Source of the DNA: Macrostomum lignano
Taxonomy: Eukaryota
DNA length: 64,000 bases
Direction of reading: 5' to 3'
NCBI GenBank assembly: GCA_002269645.1
Contig: NIVC01001626.1
Span: 124,001-188,000, forward strand
Position numbers and translations under genes: made by a program. Numbering within the stretch: position 1 is the stretch's first letter; each line of letters begins with the position of its first letter. Shown here piece after piece: positions 1-11,800 of the stretch. The notes beneath the pieces were generated by a model. It saw only the letters and a program-made list of their open reading frames with translations, did no database searches and was not told where the DNA came from.

Positions 1-532
1 CAGAGTAGTTCAAACCCGGGTTCGAATCCCACCGCCCGCCGGCAGTTTGCATAACGTCCTACTAAGTAGTTGGGTAGTTGGTTGGGCTTGAGTAGTAAGT
101 AGCTACTATGTAGAAATTTCTGTAATTTTGCGTACTCTTTACCTGTAATTGTAAATACGAGCAGACTGACTCGCAAAGCGAACTTAAAAGAAACGAATGA
201 TGAGCAGGCATTCTGAAGCGAATGTCGTTAATCGTCTTTATTCGCCTTTATTCTCTGACTGCTTTCACTGTGTTACAGAAGCGAATATTCTCTAGCTAGG
301 CTCGGTTCTGAAACCAGATATGCAGTATCAGTATTTGGTGCATCAATAGCAGCAAAATGTAAGAATAAAATCTGTTTGAGTCATAGAAAGGCTCAGGGAA
401 GCGCTGTTCGAGTTCATTCAGAATGGCGGTCGAGCTTTTTGTTTCTGTAGCAAAAATAAACAAATTTTCTACTGATAAATTTCAAACTGCACTTTCGAAG
501 AACTGGTTCGGGTTTTCTTGGGACTGACCAAA

Positions 533-1413
533 AACATTCCATCTATGAGTGATGACCAACAAGCATTCCACCTATGACTGATGACCAACAAGCATTCCAC
601 ATATGACTGATGACCAACAAGCATTCCACCTATGACTGATGACCAACAAGCATTCCACCTATGACTGATGACCAACAAGCATTCCACCTAATGACTGATG
701 ACCAACAAAGCATTCCACCTATGACTGATGACCAACAAGCATTCCACCTATGACTGATGACCAACAAGCATTCCACCTATGACTGATGACCAACAAGCAT
801 TCCACCTAATGACTGATGACCAACAAGCATTCCACCTAATGACTGATGACCAACAAGCATTCCACCTAATGACTGATAACCAACAAAGCATTCCACCTAT
901 GACTGATGACCAACAAAGCATTCCACCTATGACTGATGACCAACAAGCATTCCACCTATGACTGATGACCAACAAAGCATTCCACCTATGACTGATGACC
1001 AACAAGCATTCCACCTATGACTGATGACCAACAAGCATTCCATCTATGACTGATGACCAACAAGCATTCCACATATGACTGATGACCAACAAGCATTCCA
1101 CATATGACTGATGACCAACAAGCATTCCACATATGACTGATGACCAACAAGCATTCCACATATGACTGATGACCAACAAGCATTCCACATATGACTGATG
1201 ACCAACAAGCATTCCACACATGACTGATGACCAACAAAGCATTCCACCTATGACTGATGACCAACAAGCATTCCACCTATGACTGATGACCAACAAAGCA
1301 TTCCACCTATGACTGATGACCAACAAGCATTCCACCTATGACTGATGACCAACAAGCATTCCACCTATGACCGATGAACTGATGACCAATAAGCATTCCA
1401 GCTATGACCAACA
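533..1413. repeat. Minisatellite, ~29-30-bp unit (atgactgatgaccaacaagcattccacct)
   Basis: Head-to-tail copies read directly; explains the repetitive ORFs at 469-1335. Confidence 0.95.
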
Positions 1414-1625
1414 AGCACCCTACGCTCGATGACCAATAACATTGTCACCAGGGGTTCGCAGATGCATGCATTGCTCCTATAAGGGTGCCAGGCAGGTTAG
1501 ATGTGTACAGGAAAGGTCGAAGTGTGGCAAGACGTCTCTCCCATAATCCCATGAAGTTAGGACCTTGCCTGGTTGCCCAGGCTGTGCTTAAGAGTACACA
1601 GCATACAGTACAATACAGCTCGTCT

Positions 1626-3482
1626 TCAGATCGGCGGTTCGAGTCTGCACAGCAATCTTAAACCGTCTGCGGCTGACGAATTGACGGACTCAGTTGCTGC
1701 GACCGTCGGCTCGGCCAGCGTTTCATCGGCGGCGGGGGGAGGGCGACCGGCGGTCTGGTAGATTGGGCAGAAGGCGCCTTCGGGGCAGGCGCACAGCACA
1801 GCGCCACGCACCGCCCGGCCGGCCGGGCCCGCGGGCTCGAAGTAGCAGGGCGAACCCTGCTGGCAGACCGGCTGCAGGATGGTGGCTTTCTGGAGATCCA
1901 TGCTCTGGACTAACCAACTCACCACCCAGCATGCTCTGGACTAACCAACTCACCACCCAGCATGCTCTGGACTAACCAACTCACCACCCAGCATGCTCTG
2001 GACTAACCAACTCACCACCCAGCATTCTCTGGACTAACCAACTCACCACCCAGCATTCTCTGGACTAACCAACTCACCACCCAGCATGCTCTGGACAAAC
2101 CAACTCACCACCCAGCATGCTCTCAGTAAACGGCACCCAGCACGTCAACCATCAAGCTTCATGAGCGACGTTTTGTCAGCACTTATAGCACTCCAAACTT
2201 GTCTTCAAATGCAGCACACAACCAACCCACCTTGTGTTCGCACACAGCTCACTACCAACCCACCTTGTGTTCGCACACAGCTCACTACCAACCCACCTTG
2301 TGTTCGCACACAGCTCACTACCAACCCACCTTGTGTTCGCACACAGCTCACTACCAACCCACCTTGTGTTCGCACACAGCTCACTACCAACCCACCTTGT
2401 GTTCGCACACAGCTCACTACCAACCCACCTTGTGTTCGCACACAGCTCACTACCAACCCACCTTGTGTTCGCACACAGCTCACTACCAACCCACCTTGTG
2501 TTCGCACACAGCTCACTACCAACCCACCTTGTGTTCGCACACAGCTCACTACCAACCCACCTTGTGTTCGCACACAGCTCACTACCAACCCACCTTGTGT
2601 TCGCACACAGCTCACTACCAACCCACCTTGTGTTCGCACACAGCCCACTACCAACCCACCTTGTGTTCGCACACGAACTCCACAATCCGGCTGGCGGTGG
2701 CGACGCCCCGAGAGTCCGCCAGCTGCCTCTCGTAGACAAAGCTGTGAACTGAGTTGCTGGGAGCTTCGGTTGCATTTCGCGGCGGACAGCGGCAAAGCAC
2801 CGCCTGAAGGTCCAGCCACCAGCCGATCTGCCTCAGCTGGAAGGTCACCTGGTCCCGGCTGCAGGTTGGCAGCCCGACTGGGTAGACGGGGCTGCAGAAT
2901 TGCAGCTGCATCTCGCTGTCTCGAACGCCTGAGCAGTGATGTGTGGGGGAAGCTTCTCAACCTTTCCTCCCCATCGAAACCTACCATGCTGCTTTCAATG
3001 CTTAATTGCCTCTTCTGTCGACCAACAGTGCCCTTCAAGAGCGAAACCCTATGATTGACAGTGCCCTCCGAGAACATTACCCCATGACCAACAGTGCCCT
3101 TCATGATCAGCAAAGCTCTCCATGAACAACTCCTGGAGCCGCGCTCACCGCTAGCGCCGATCCACCTGACCGTGAGCGACGTGTCCGAGTGGCGCCAACT
3201 TCTCTTGCAGTTGTTGCCAGGGGGACACCGGCAGCGGGACTCGGCGAAGATTCCGTTCCTGACGCCCAAGGCCGCGGCCACTTTGCCGCTCCAGAAACCG
3301 CCACGCTCCAGGTGGGCACAGGGGCAGACGGCGCCGTTGCCCCGCGCCGCCGACGCGAGCAGCCGCTGTGGAGACTCGGGACTGTCGGCACCTCCTGCCT
3401 GCCGCAGCAGCGAAGCCACAAGCAGCAGCAGCAGCAGCTGACCGAGCGCCGGCTCTCCTCCGGAGGCTGCAAGCCGCATCAC
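1626..3482 (-). CDS. Argos/giant-lens-like secreted Cys-rich protein, 3 exons (3482-3149, 2928-2660, 1889-1626), ~288 aa
   Basis: Signal peptide (LGQLLLLLLVASLLRQAGG). GT-AG junctions join in phase (phase 1, phase 0; 867 nt total). There are 16 Cys in a 6/4/6 arrangement with CRCP, CRCP and CACP cores. FCSPVYPVGLPTC..LCRCPPRN..FVC and VCQQGSPC..LCACPEGAFCP resemble Drosophila Argos domains 2 and 3 as recalled. Confidence 0.75.
1899..2121. repeat. 31-bp minisatellite (~7 copies) in intron 2 of the Argos-like gene
   Basis: Unit catgctctggactaaccaactcaccacccag. Confidence 0.95.
2218..2674. repeat. 33-bp minisatellite (~14 copies) whose unit contains the exon 2 splice donor
   Basis: Unit accaacccaccttgtgttcgcacacagctcact; on the minus strand each unit reads ..CACAAG|GTGGGT... 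Confidence 0.95.
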
Positions 3483-4069
3483 CCCCTGCTTTCTGGCCGC
3501 ATCGAAGCCGGCAGAATCTCCGCTCAGAAAGTGCGCGAGGCGAAGCGGCGAGTTTTAAAATTAGAACTTCGAAACCGCCGGCAACCGAACCGCGACGCCA
3601 AGTCCCTTCCATCTTTATTTGCAGCTGCTGCACTTACGGCCGCAGCAGTTCTGGGGCAGGCGGCGGGGACAGACAGGAGCTGAAGGGTGCGGCGCGGATG
3701 GAGGCCTAATCAGGATTCCGAGAAACGGCCTTAGGGGGTTGCCAGAACCTCCGCCGTCCTGCAGTCCTGCCCCGACCCCTCCCTCGGCGTCCTGAAGTAG
3801 CCATGCAGGCTGGAGAGGGACAGAGGGCGAAGGGGCTGAGGAGTGAAGGGCGCTATTGAGGGAGGAGGAATCTTCAGCCTTCCCCACACGCCAAAGCTGC
3901 CTGCCGCAGCGGCAATCTGCTGCTTGGAGTCTTCTGCTTCTACTATTTCTCTCGCCTGCGCCTTCTGTGCCGCCGAATCTGCCGCTGCTGCCTTCCGGCT
4001 CTGATCTCGGATTATGGATTAACTTCGGGCTTATCTCGTTAGCTGTCTTTTCCGGACCGCCCCCTGTCC

Positions 4070-4465
4070 ATCTCTGACCGCCTGTCCCCCTTGTTTGGCC
4101 CTGCTTCACCTCCATCTCTGACCGCCTGTCCCCCTTGTTTGTCCTTGCTTCACCTCCATCTCTGACCGCCTGTCCCCCTTGTTTGTCCTTGCTTCACCTC
4201 CATCTCTGACCGCCTGTCCCCCTTGTTTGTCCCTGCTTCAACTCCATCTCTGACCGTCTGTCCCCCTTGTTTGTCCCTGCTTCACCTCCATCTCTGACCG
4301 CCTGTCCCCCTTGTTTGTCCCTGCTTTACCTCCATCTCTGACCGCCTGTCCCCCTTGTTTGTCCCTGCTTCAACTCCATCTCTGACCGCCTGTCCCCCTT
4401 GTTTGTCCCTGCTTCAACTCCATCTCTGACCACCTGTCCCCCTTGTTTGTCCCTGCTTCACCTCC
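4070..4465. repeat. 44-bp minisatellite (~9 copies)
   Basis: Unit ctccatctctgaccgcctgtcccccttgtttgtccctgcttcac. Confidence 0.95.
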
Positions 4466-4484
4466 AGCTATGAACGGCTGAGCG

Positions 4485-4494
4485 TCTGTCTGTA

Positions 4495-4583
<89 letters not shown>

Positions 4584-4590
4584 GCCTGTC
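4485..4590. repeat. (TCTG)n microsatellite
   Basis: Direct reading. Confidence 0.95.
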
Positions 4591-5403
4591 TGCCTGTCTC
4601 TCTGTCTGATCCGTGTATTCTATTTTTAATTTTCAGCCTTCCTCTCCCGTCAGGAGAGCCCTTAGTCAGTCCAGGCATCCCCAAGCAGTCCTGACGCCGA
4701 GGAAGGCCCGAGCTCTCTGCCGCTTAGCCTCGAAATGCCTGCCTTGTTTGGCCAGGAAAATCCTCTTAACGGATTATCGCGTCTTCCTCGCCCAAAAGAG
4801 GATTTTTATCCCTCCGAGCCACAGGGGCGGCTCCGGCGGAAAGAAATTGAAGACGCATTAGCGCAGCTTCTGCACATCTCAGCCAGTCGGACTTTCGTCT
4901 CCCATCTTATAAAATAATTTCTCCTGAATGAAGCTACTTTTTGGTGTATTAGGGAGGGAGCAATGATTGGGAGGCTGATTGAAGCTCAACATCAAATGGG
5001 AGCAGGCGGGAATCTCAAGAAGACAGCGGAGACTCAGCCGTAGGGGCAATTTTCTGCTCTTAGGCATGAGCATGCATGGCCGGGTTTGAGTTCGATTGCT
5101 CTGATTTAGAGATAGAGATAGAGGATGGAGATAGGGGGATACAGATAGGGAATAATGATAGGGGATAGAGATAGAGAGATAGAGATAGGGAGGGGGCAGA
5201 AATAGGGGGTAGAAATAGGGAGTAGAAATAGGGGGTGGAGATGCCTACATCTCTATGCAAGGACAAAGATGATGTCAGTGGGGAACCATTGAGAGATAGG
5301 AAATCAGGTAAATAAATAGAGGCCGCAGCGAACGAACACCCGGCCAGATCAGGTCGGCATTTCCTATTGTAAGGGCAAGAGGAACGAACCAGCTTTTCAT
5401 GTG

Positions 5404-5625
5404 CGGCCTGGCTTTGATCTGGCCATGGGACTGCACTGGGATTCGGTTGCCTGGCTTTGATCTGGCCATGGGACTGCACTGGGATTCGGCGGCCTGGCTT
5501 TGATCTGGCCATGGGACTGCACTGGGATTCGGCGGCCTGGCTTTGATCTGGCCATGGGACTGCACTGGGATTCGGCGGCCTGGCTTTGATCTGGCCATGG
5601 GACTGCACTGGGATTCGGCGGCCGA
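5404..5625. repeat. 43-bp minisatellite (~5 copies)
   Basis: Unit cctggctttgatctggccatgggactgcactgggattcggcgg. Confidence 0.9.
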
Positions 5626-5627
5626 AT

Positions 5628-6347
5628 CCAATGAGTCTATTAACTCTCCAATGAGTCTATTCACTCTCCGATGAGTCTATTCACTCTCCAATGAGTCTTT
5701 TCACTCTCCAATGAGTCTACTCACTCTCCAATGAGGCTATTCACTCTTCAATGAGTCTATTCACTCTCCATTGAGTCTATTCACTCTCAAATACGTCTGT
5801 TCACTCTCCATTGAGTCTATTCACTCTCCGGTGAGTTTATTCACTCTCCAATGAGTCTATTCACTCTCAAATACGTCTGTTCACTCTCCTATGAGTATAT
5901 TCACTCTCCATTGAGTCTATTCACTCTCCATTGAGTCTATTCACTCTCCAATAAGTGTATTCACTCTCCATTGAGTCTATTCACTCTCCAATGAGTCTAT
6001 TCACTCTCAAATACGTCTGTTCACTCTCCTATGAGTCTATTCACTCTCCGATGAGTCTATTCACTCTCCAATGAGTCTATTCACTCTCCATTGAGTCTTT
6101 TCACTGTCCAATGAGTCTATTCACTCTCCAATGAGTCTATTCACTCTCCATTGAGTCTATTCACTCTCCAATGAGTCTATTCACTCTCCAATGAGTCTAT
6201 TCACTCTCCGATGAGTCTATTCACTCTCCGATGAGTCTATTCACTCTCCAATGAGTCTATTCACTCTCCGATGAGTCTATTCACTCTCCGATGAGTCTAT
6301 TCACTCTCCCATGAGTCTTTTCACTCTCCAATGAGTCTAATCACTCA
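5628..6347. repeat. 20-bp minisatellite (~36 copies)
   Basis: Unit tcactctccaatgagtctat. Confidence 0.95.
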
Positions 6348-6723
6348 ATCGATGCACGTACCCTCTGAAAAATATTTTTACTTTCCAAACCAGCCTTTTT
6401 GCTTTTAACACCATTCATTCAGTATAAAATGATTTTATGCACTCGCAAGCAGTCCCTTCACTGCCGGAGTCGCTCCATTCACTGCATCAATCGATTCCAG
6501 CTCTCCAACCAGAGCCGCTGCATCCATTAGCAAATGCTGGCAAAGTCTCCCCAAGCCAGAATTCATAGAGGCGGGCCATTTGAGAAGTGCTCAGCCTCCA
6601 CCGCCTTCATCCTGGCAGGAGATAGAGGCCGCCTCGCGATTGGACCGCTCTCCATCAACCTCATACTCTGGCCTGATAGCTTGAGCCCCGAGTCTTGGGT
6701 CCCGGGGTTCGAGTCTCTGCACG

Positions 6724-6725
<2 letters not shown>

Positions 6726-6781
<56 letters not shown>
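6726..6781. repeat. (TC)n microsatellite
   Basis: Direct reading. Confidence 0.95.
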
Positions 6782-6786
<5 letters not shown>

Positions 6787-7987
6787 TTCCGCTTGGAAGC
6801 CGCACAGACCGGAGCTGCTGCGGAGCCGGCGGCCGCTTCCAGTTGATCGCCAACGGGCCGTTCTGGACCGCCGCAGGAGCCGCCCGCGGAGTGAGCGGCC
6901 TAATTGCATTAGCCAGGCGGGAGCAGCGATGGAGGGGGGGGGGGGAGCGGGCATTCGAATCCCCGAGTCAGCCCCACCTTGGCTGCTATGCTCCAACCGC
7001 CAGTCCGCAGGGAAAGCGCCTGCAGGAGATTTTGCTGTGCCGATCAGAGTTCAAAGTTTTCGTGCGTTATTTTTTTGTTTAAATAAGGCCCGAGTCGTGT
7101 GCAATTTACTTTGGCAGATCTCGCTGAGTCCGGCTTGGAGCCGGCGCAGCGCTCTGCACTTTTAATTCCTTCCAGCTCATTGGGATTAAGCACGCACGAA
7201 GTGCTTGAGCAACTTCACAGGACTGCCCGGTGTGATAGGAATTAATGCATGGATTTTATCAAACATTCAGGGAATTCGGTCTGCATTCGATAAGCCACTG
7301 GTGTTCGGGTTGTTAATCTTATTAACATGTAAGTGATCGGATCCACTGGGGTGATTAAATATATAGTGAAGTGATTCGATCCACTAACTGGAGTTGTGAG
7401 ATTTATTAGATGATGAGTGATTAGATCTACTGGAGTGATAAGATCTACTGGGTTGATTAGATCTACTGGAGTGATTAGATCTACTGGGGGTTGATTAAAT
7501 CCACTGGGTTGATTAGATCTACTGGGTTGATTAGATCTACTGGGTTGATTAGATCTACTGGGTTGATTAGATCTACTGGGTTGATTAGATCTACCGGGTT
7601 GATTAGATCTACTGGGTTTAGATCTACTGGGTGATTGGATCTACTGGGTGTTGATTAGATCTACTGGGTTGATTAGATCTACTGGGTTGATTAGATCTAC
7701 TGGGTTGATTAGATCTACTGGGTTTAGATCTACTGGATGATTGTGTAGGGTTGCGTTTGGTTTGGGCCGTCGGGGTGGGGGCTGCTCTATTGGTATATGT
7801 ACTTGCATCTCGCTTGCTTCTCTGTACATGCCCACCACCCCAGTTGGGTGAGTCACTTTAATCGATCTATCATCGCTGACTATTTAATCGCTCGTAAATT
7901 ATCGTGCATCAAAATATACTTCGTAAACTTACTCTAAATTCTCGGCTCTTACATTGGTGGCAGCGAAAACCCAGTGCAAGTGCACTC

Positions 7988-8806
7988 ATGGCCCAGAACA
8001 CCCTTCTACCGCCAAAGTTCAGTGGAACAGACGGCACTGACGTGAGAAAGTGGCTGCGCATCTTTGAGGAATTCGCCAACGATGCGAAATGGGACGACGC
8101 GACCTCAGCGTCGAAGGTGAAGCTGCTGCTCACGGGAGAAGCCCAACTGGTCGTCTGGGACCTGGCCGAGACAAGACAAAAGAGTTTTAAAAGTATAAAG
8201 GAGGACCTCACAAAGTTTTATGGAGGCGAAGCCGACAGCTTTAAGGCCATGAGCGACTTCTATGCGAGGATACGTGGAGATGCCGAGACACTGCGTGAGC
8301 TCTGCTTTAACCTGAAGCTGCTACACCAGAAAGCCAGACCGGAGGACTCAATTGCTCAACGAGACCGAGATGTGCGCTTCAAGCTTCTGCAGCTGCTCAA
8401 GGCCGACATTCGTGACAACCTGCTTAAGGCAGAGGACGCAGAGACCTGCAGCCTGGAGACTCTGCTGCAGCGGGCGGCTCGGCTGGAGGAGCTGGCTGGG
8501 CGACAGTCGGTGGCGGCAGTCGGAGCCGTCAGCGCTACATCATCGGCAGAACCAAGCGAGGACCGCCTGGACAGACTGGAGAAACGCATGGAGGAGCTCA
8601 TCGCGAGGGTCAGCGTACAGTCGGGTACCGACACTCGGCGTCGCCGTCAACAGCGAGGAAGCGGCTGCTTCAACTGCGGCCAGCTCGGACACCGTGCAGC
8701 GCAATGTCAGCAAGAGAAACAGCCGGGTCCGATCATCTGCCACAAGTGCTCTGGGCGGGGGCACAAGGCCTCTGTCTGCCCATCGAAGGCTCCGGGAAAC
8801 TTTTAA
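7988..8806 (+). CDS. gag: Gag with two CCHC zinc knuckles
   Basis: CFNCGQLGHRAAQC and CHKCSGRGHKASVC; retrotransposon capsid-like N-terminus (PPKFSGTDGTDVRKWL). Confidence 0.93.
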   Translation: MAQNTLLPPKFSGTDGTDVRKWLRIFEEFANDAKWDDATSASKVKLLLTGEAQLVVWDLAETRQKSFKSIKEDLTKFYGGEADSFKAMSDFYARIRGDAETLRELCFNLKLLHQKARPEDSIAQRDRDVRFKLLQLLKADIRDNLLKAEDAETCSLETLLQRAARLEELAGRQSVAAVGAVSATSSAEPSEDRLDRLEKRMEELIARVSVQSGTDTRRRRQQRGSGCFNCGQLGHRAAQCQQEKQPGPIICHKCSGRGHKASVCPSKAPGNF

Positions 8807-11800
8807 GGGTTGGTGCAACGGGTGCGGGACCCACACCAACCCCAAGGAGCAATCCCGTGCTTCATGCTATTTTTATACCTGGAGAGGCAAACGGCAAGCC
8901 GTGCCGCTGGCTGCTGCACACCGGAGCGCAGACCTCGCTGATCAGCGACGTTGCTTTGAGAGAGCTGGACGGTCGCTGCGAGCTGAAGCCGGCAGATGTC
9001 AGGCCTGTGTCCGTGGACGGCTCCGTTCTCGAGCTGTTAGGAAGCGTGAGCATTACGGTGCGACTCAGTCATCAGCTGCGCAGACAAATGGACGTGCTGG
9101 TGGTCAGAGGGATTCGCCCAAACTTCATCCTGGGGGTGGATTTCGTGAGCAAGGCGGCCAGATCGCAGTTCAGCATTGACCAGGGTGCCAAGACAGTCGC
9201 ATTCGATGGTGAGGCGGTTCCGTTCAGTGACTGCGATTCCAAGCAAGATGGCCCGCTGTCTTGTTGCTTGGTTCCCACAGTGATCATCGCCAAAGTTCAG
9301 GGCGCCGTCGTGGTACCGCCAAGGTCAGTTAAAGTGGTGGACGTGACGACCGAGACCAAGCAGGCACATGGCATCTTCGAGCCGTCACAGGAGTTCATCG
9401 ACAGAATCGGAGTGCTGCCCGGCCGCGTGTTCGCGGTGTCTTCAGAGAGCGGCAAGATTCCGGTTCAGGTGTGCAACCTCAGCTGCAGCCCGGTCACGCT
9501 GTTCTCCAGCCAGAGCATCGGCACCTTCGAGAGCGCGGAGGTTATCGACGAGGACGAGGACGTGCACGAGTGGCGAGGCCCCGCAGACCAGTTCAACATC
9601 AATCCGGAGCTGCCGGAGGAGGACAGCAACCGTTTAGCAATGCTGCTGAGGGCATTTGCCGACCTGGTCTCAGTCCATGAGTTCGACGTTGGTACGAGCA
9701 GCGCAGCGCAGCACAAGATTGAGCTGGACGACGGCGCTCGCCCGATTCGCCAACGGCCTCGGCGGGTGCCTCACGCCTTCAGGAGGCAAGTGGACGAGAA
9801 GCTGGAGCAGATGCGACAACACGGCGTCATCGAGCCCTCCACCAGCCCGTGGGCGAGCAACCTGATAATCGTCAGAAAGAAGAATAATGACATCCGAGTC
9901 TGTGTAGACTGGCGGGCGCTGAACAACCTCACAGTAAAGGACGCCCACCCGCTGCCGCATTTGCACCAAGCGCTCGACTCCTTGGCTGGCTGCTCATGGT
10001 TCTTTACGATCGACATGCGCCAAGGCTTCCTTCAGGTGGAGGTCAGAGAGGAGGATCGGCCGTTGACAGCGTTCTACACTCCGAGCGGCCTGATGCAATT
10101 CCGCAAAATGGGATTCGGCATGTGCAACGCGCCTGCGACGTACCAGCGAATGATGGAGCTCATCATGACCGGCCTGAGCTGGGAGGAGGTCATCGCGTAC
10201 ATTGATGACCTGATCATCTTCAACAGGGACTTTGAGAGCCACGTTCAGCCACTGTCCAAGGTGCTGCATCGACTGCGGTCTGTCAAGCTGAAGCTGAACC
10301 CAGGCAAGAGCTTCTTTGCCTACCGGAGCGTCACGTACCTGGGTCACCAAGTCTCTGAGAGCGGCATCGCACCTGCCGCGGAGAAGGTCGAGGCGATCAG
10401 GCGGATGCCGGAGCCGCAGTCTGAGGAGGATGTTCGACGCATCATCGGCATGCTCAGCTTCTACCGCAGGTTCGTGCCAAACTTCTCTGACATAGCCAAA
10501 CCGCTGCATCACCTGGCTCAGAAAGGCGCGGGCGGCGGCTTCGTGTGGACGTCAGAGCATGCTGCGGTGCTGAAAAAGTTGAAGGACGCGCTGACCCAGG
10601 CCCCGGTGCTCCAGCTGCCCGACTTCAGCCGGCCTATCGTCATCAGCTGTAACAGCAGTGCTGTGGCCTTGGGTGCGGTGCTCAGCCAGGAGCGCGACGG
10701 CCAGGAGCTGCCAGTGGCCTACGCTTCCCGGACGCTGAGCAAGGCAGAGCGCAACTACAGCACCACGGACCGGGAGCTGCTCGCGATTGTTTGGAGCCTC
10801 AAGCAGTTCCGCATGTACCTGAGCAACAGCTGCAAGATCCAGGTGTTCACCGACCACAAGCCGATCACTGGGCTGCTCAACGCGAAGGAGCCAACCGGTC
10901 GGCTGGCACGTTGGCTACAGCTCATTCAGGAGTTCCCCCTGGAAATCCTGTACCGGCCCGGCAAGGAGAACATCGTGCCAGACACCCTCAGCCGAGCAGC
11001 GGCGGTGCAGTTCCAGATCGCTAATCTGCCTGACGAGCAGGACCAGGACCAGGTTCTGCACGCGGTTCGGCACGCGGTGCTCCAGCCCAACTTTCAAGTT
11101 CCGGCGGCGGTGAGTGCATCGGTCCAGAAGCTGCTGCCCTGTCTGACGCTGTCGCTGTCTGGCGCACTGCTCCACAATGGGTTGCCGGTGATCCCCCAGC
11201 ACATGAGAGCGGAGCTGCTGCACCAGGCGCACGACCGGCCGAGCGCGGGTCACCTCGGACAGCGGCGGGTGCTGCGGGCTCTGCGCGAGCGTTCCTGGTG
11301 GCCGGACATGCGCGAGGACGTGCGGGACTGGGTGCGGAGCTGCCTGGTCTGCCAACGACGCAAGAGAGCGCCAAAGCGAGCGCGTGCTGAGCTGGTGCGG
11401 CAGCCGCTACCGGCCAAGCCGTGGGCTGTCATGCAACTCGACATCAAGGGCCCACTGCCAGTCACCGAGTCTGGCAAGCGCTACATCATCTGCTTTGTCG
11501 ACACATTTTCAAAGTGGGTGGAGGCGGCGGCCCTCAGCCAGATCGACGCCAAGACGGTAGCCGAGGCTCTGGTGACCTGTGTGGTGCTGCGGCACGGAGT
11601 TCCGGAGGTCGTGCACTCGGACCAAGGTCGCCAGTTTGAGGCCGAAGTTTTCAAGCAGACCTGCGCGCTGCTCGGAGCAGAAAAATCGAGGACCTCACCG
11701 TTTCACCCCAGCGGCAACGGGAACGTCGAGAGGTTCAATAGGACGCTGGGCAACATGCTCTCCGCATTCTGCTCAGAGAATCAGGCCAGCTGGGACGCCC

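Noticed and set aside
1-45. tRNA T-arm/B-box-like motif (GGTTCGAATCCC) at the window edge
   Set aside because: Only a 3' fragment is visible and it is cut by the window boundary; a tRNA, pseudogene or SINE head cannot be distinguished.
3490-7200. GC-rich islands between arrays with ORFs of 60-180 aa
   Set aside because: No consistent exon chain, codon bias or recognisable domain; possibly UTR or regulatory sequence.
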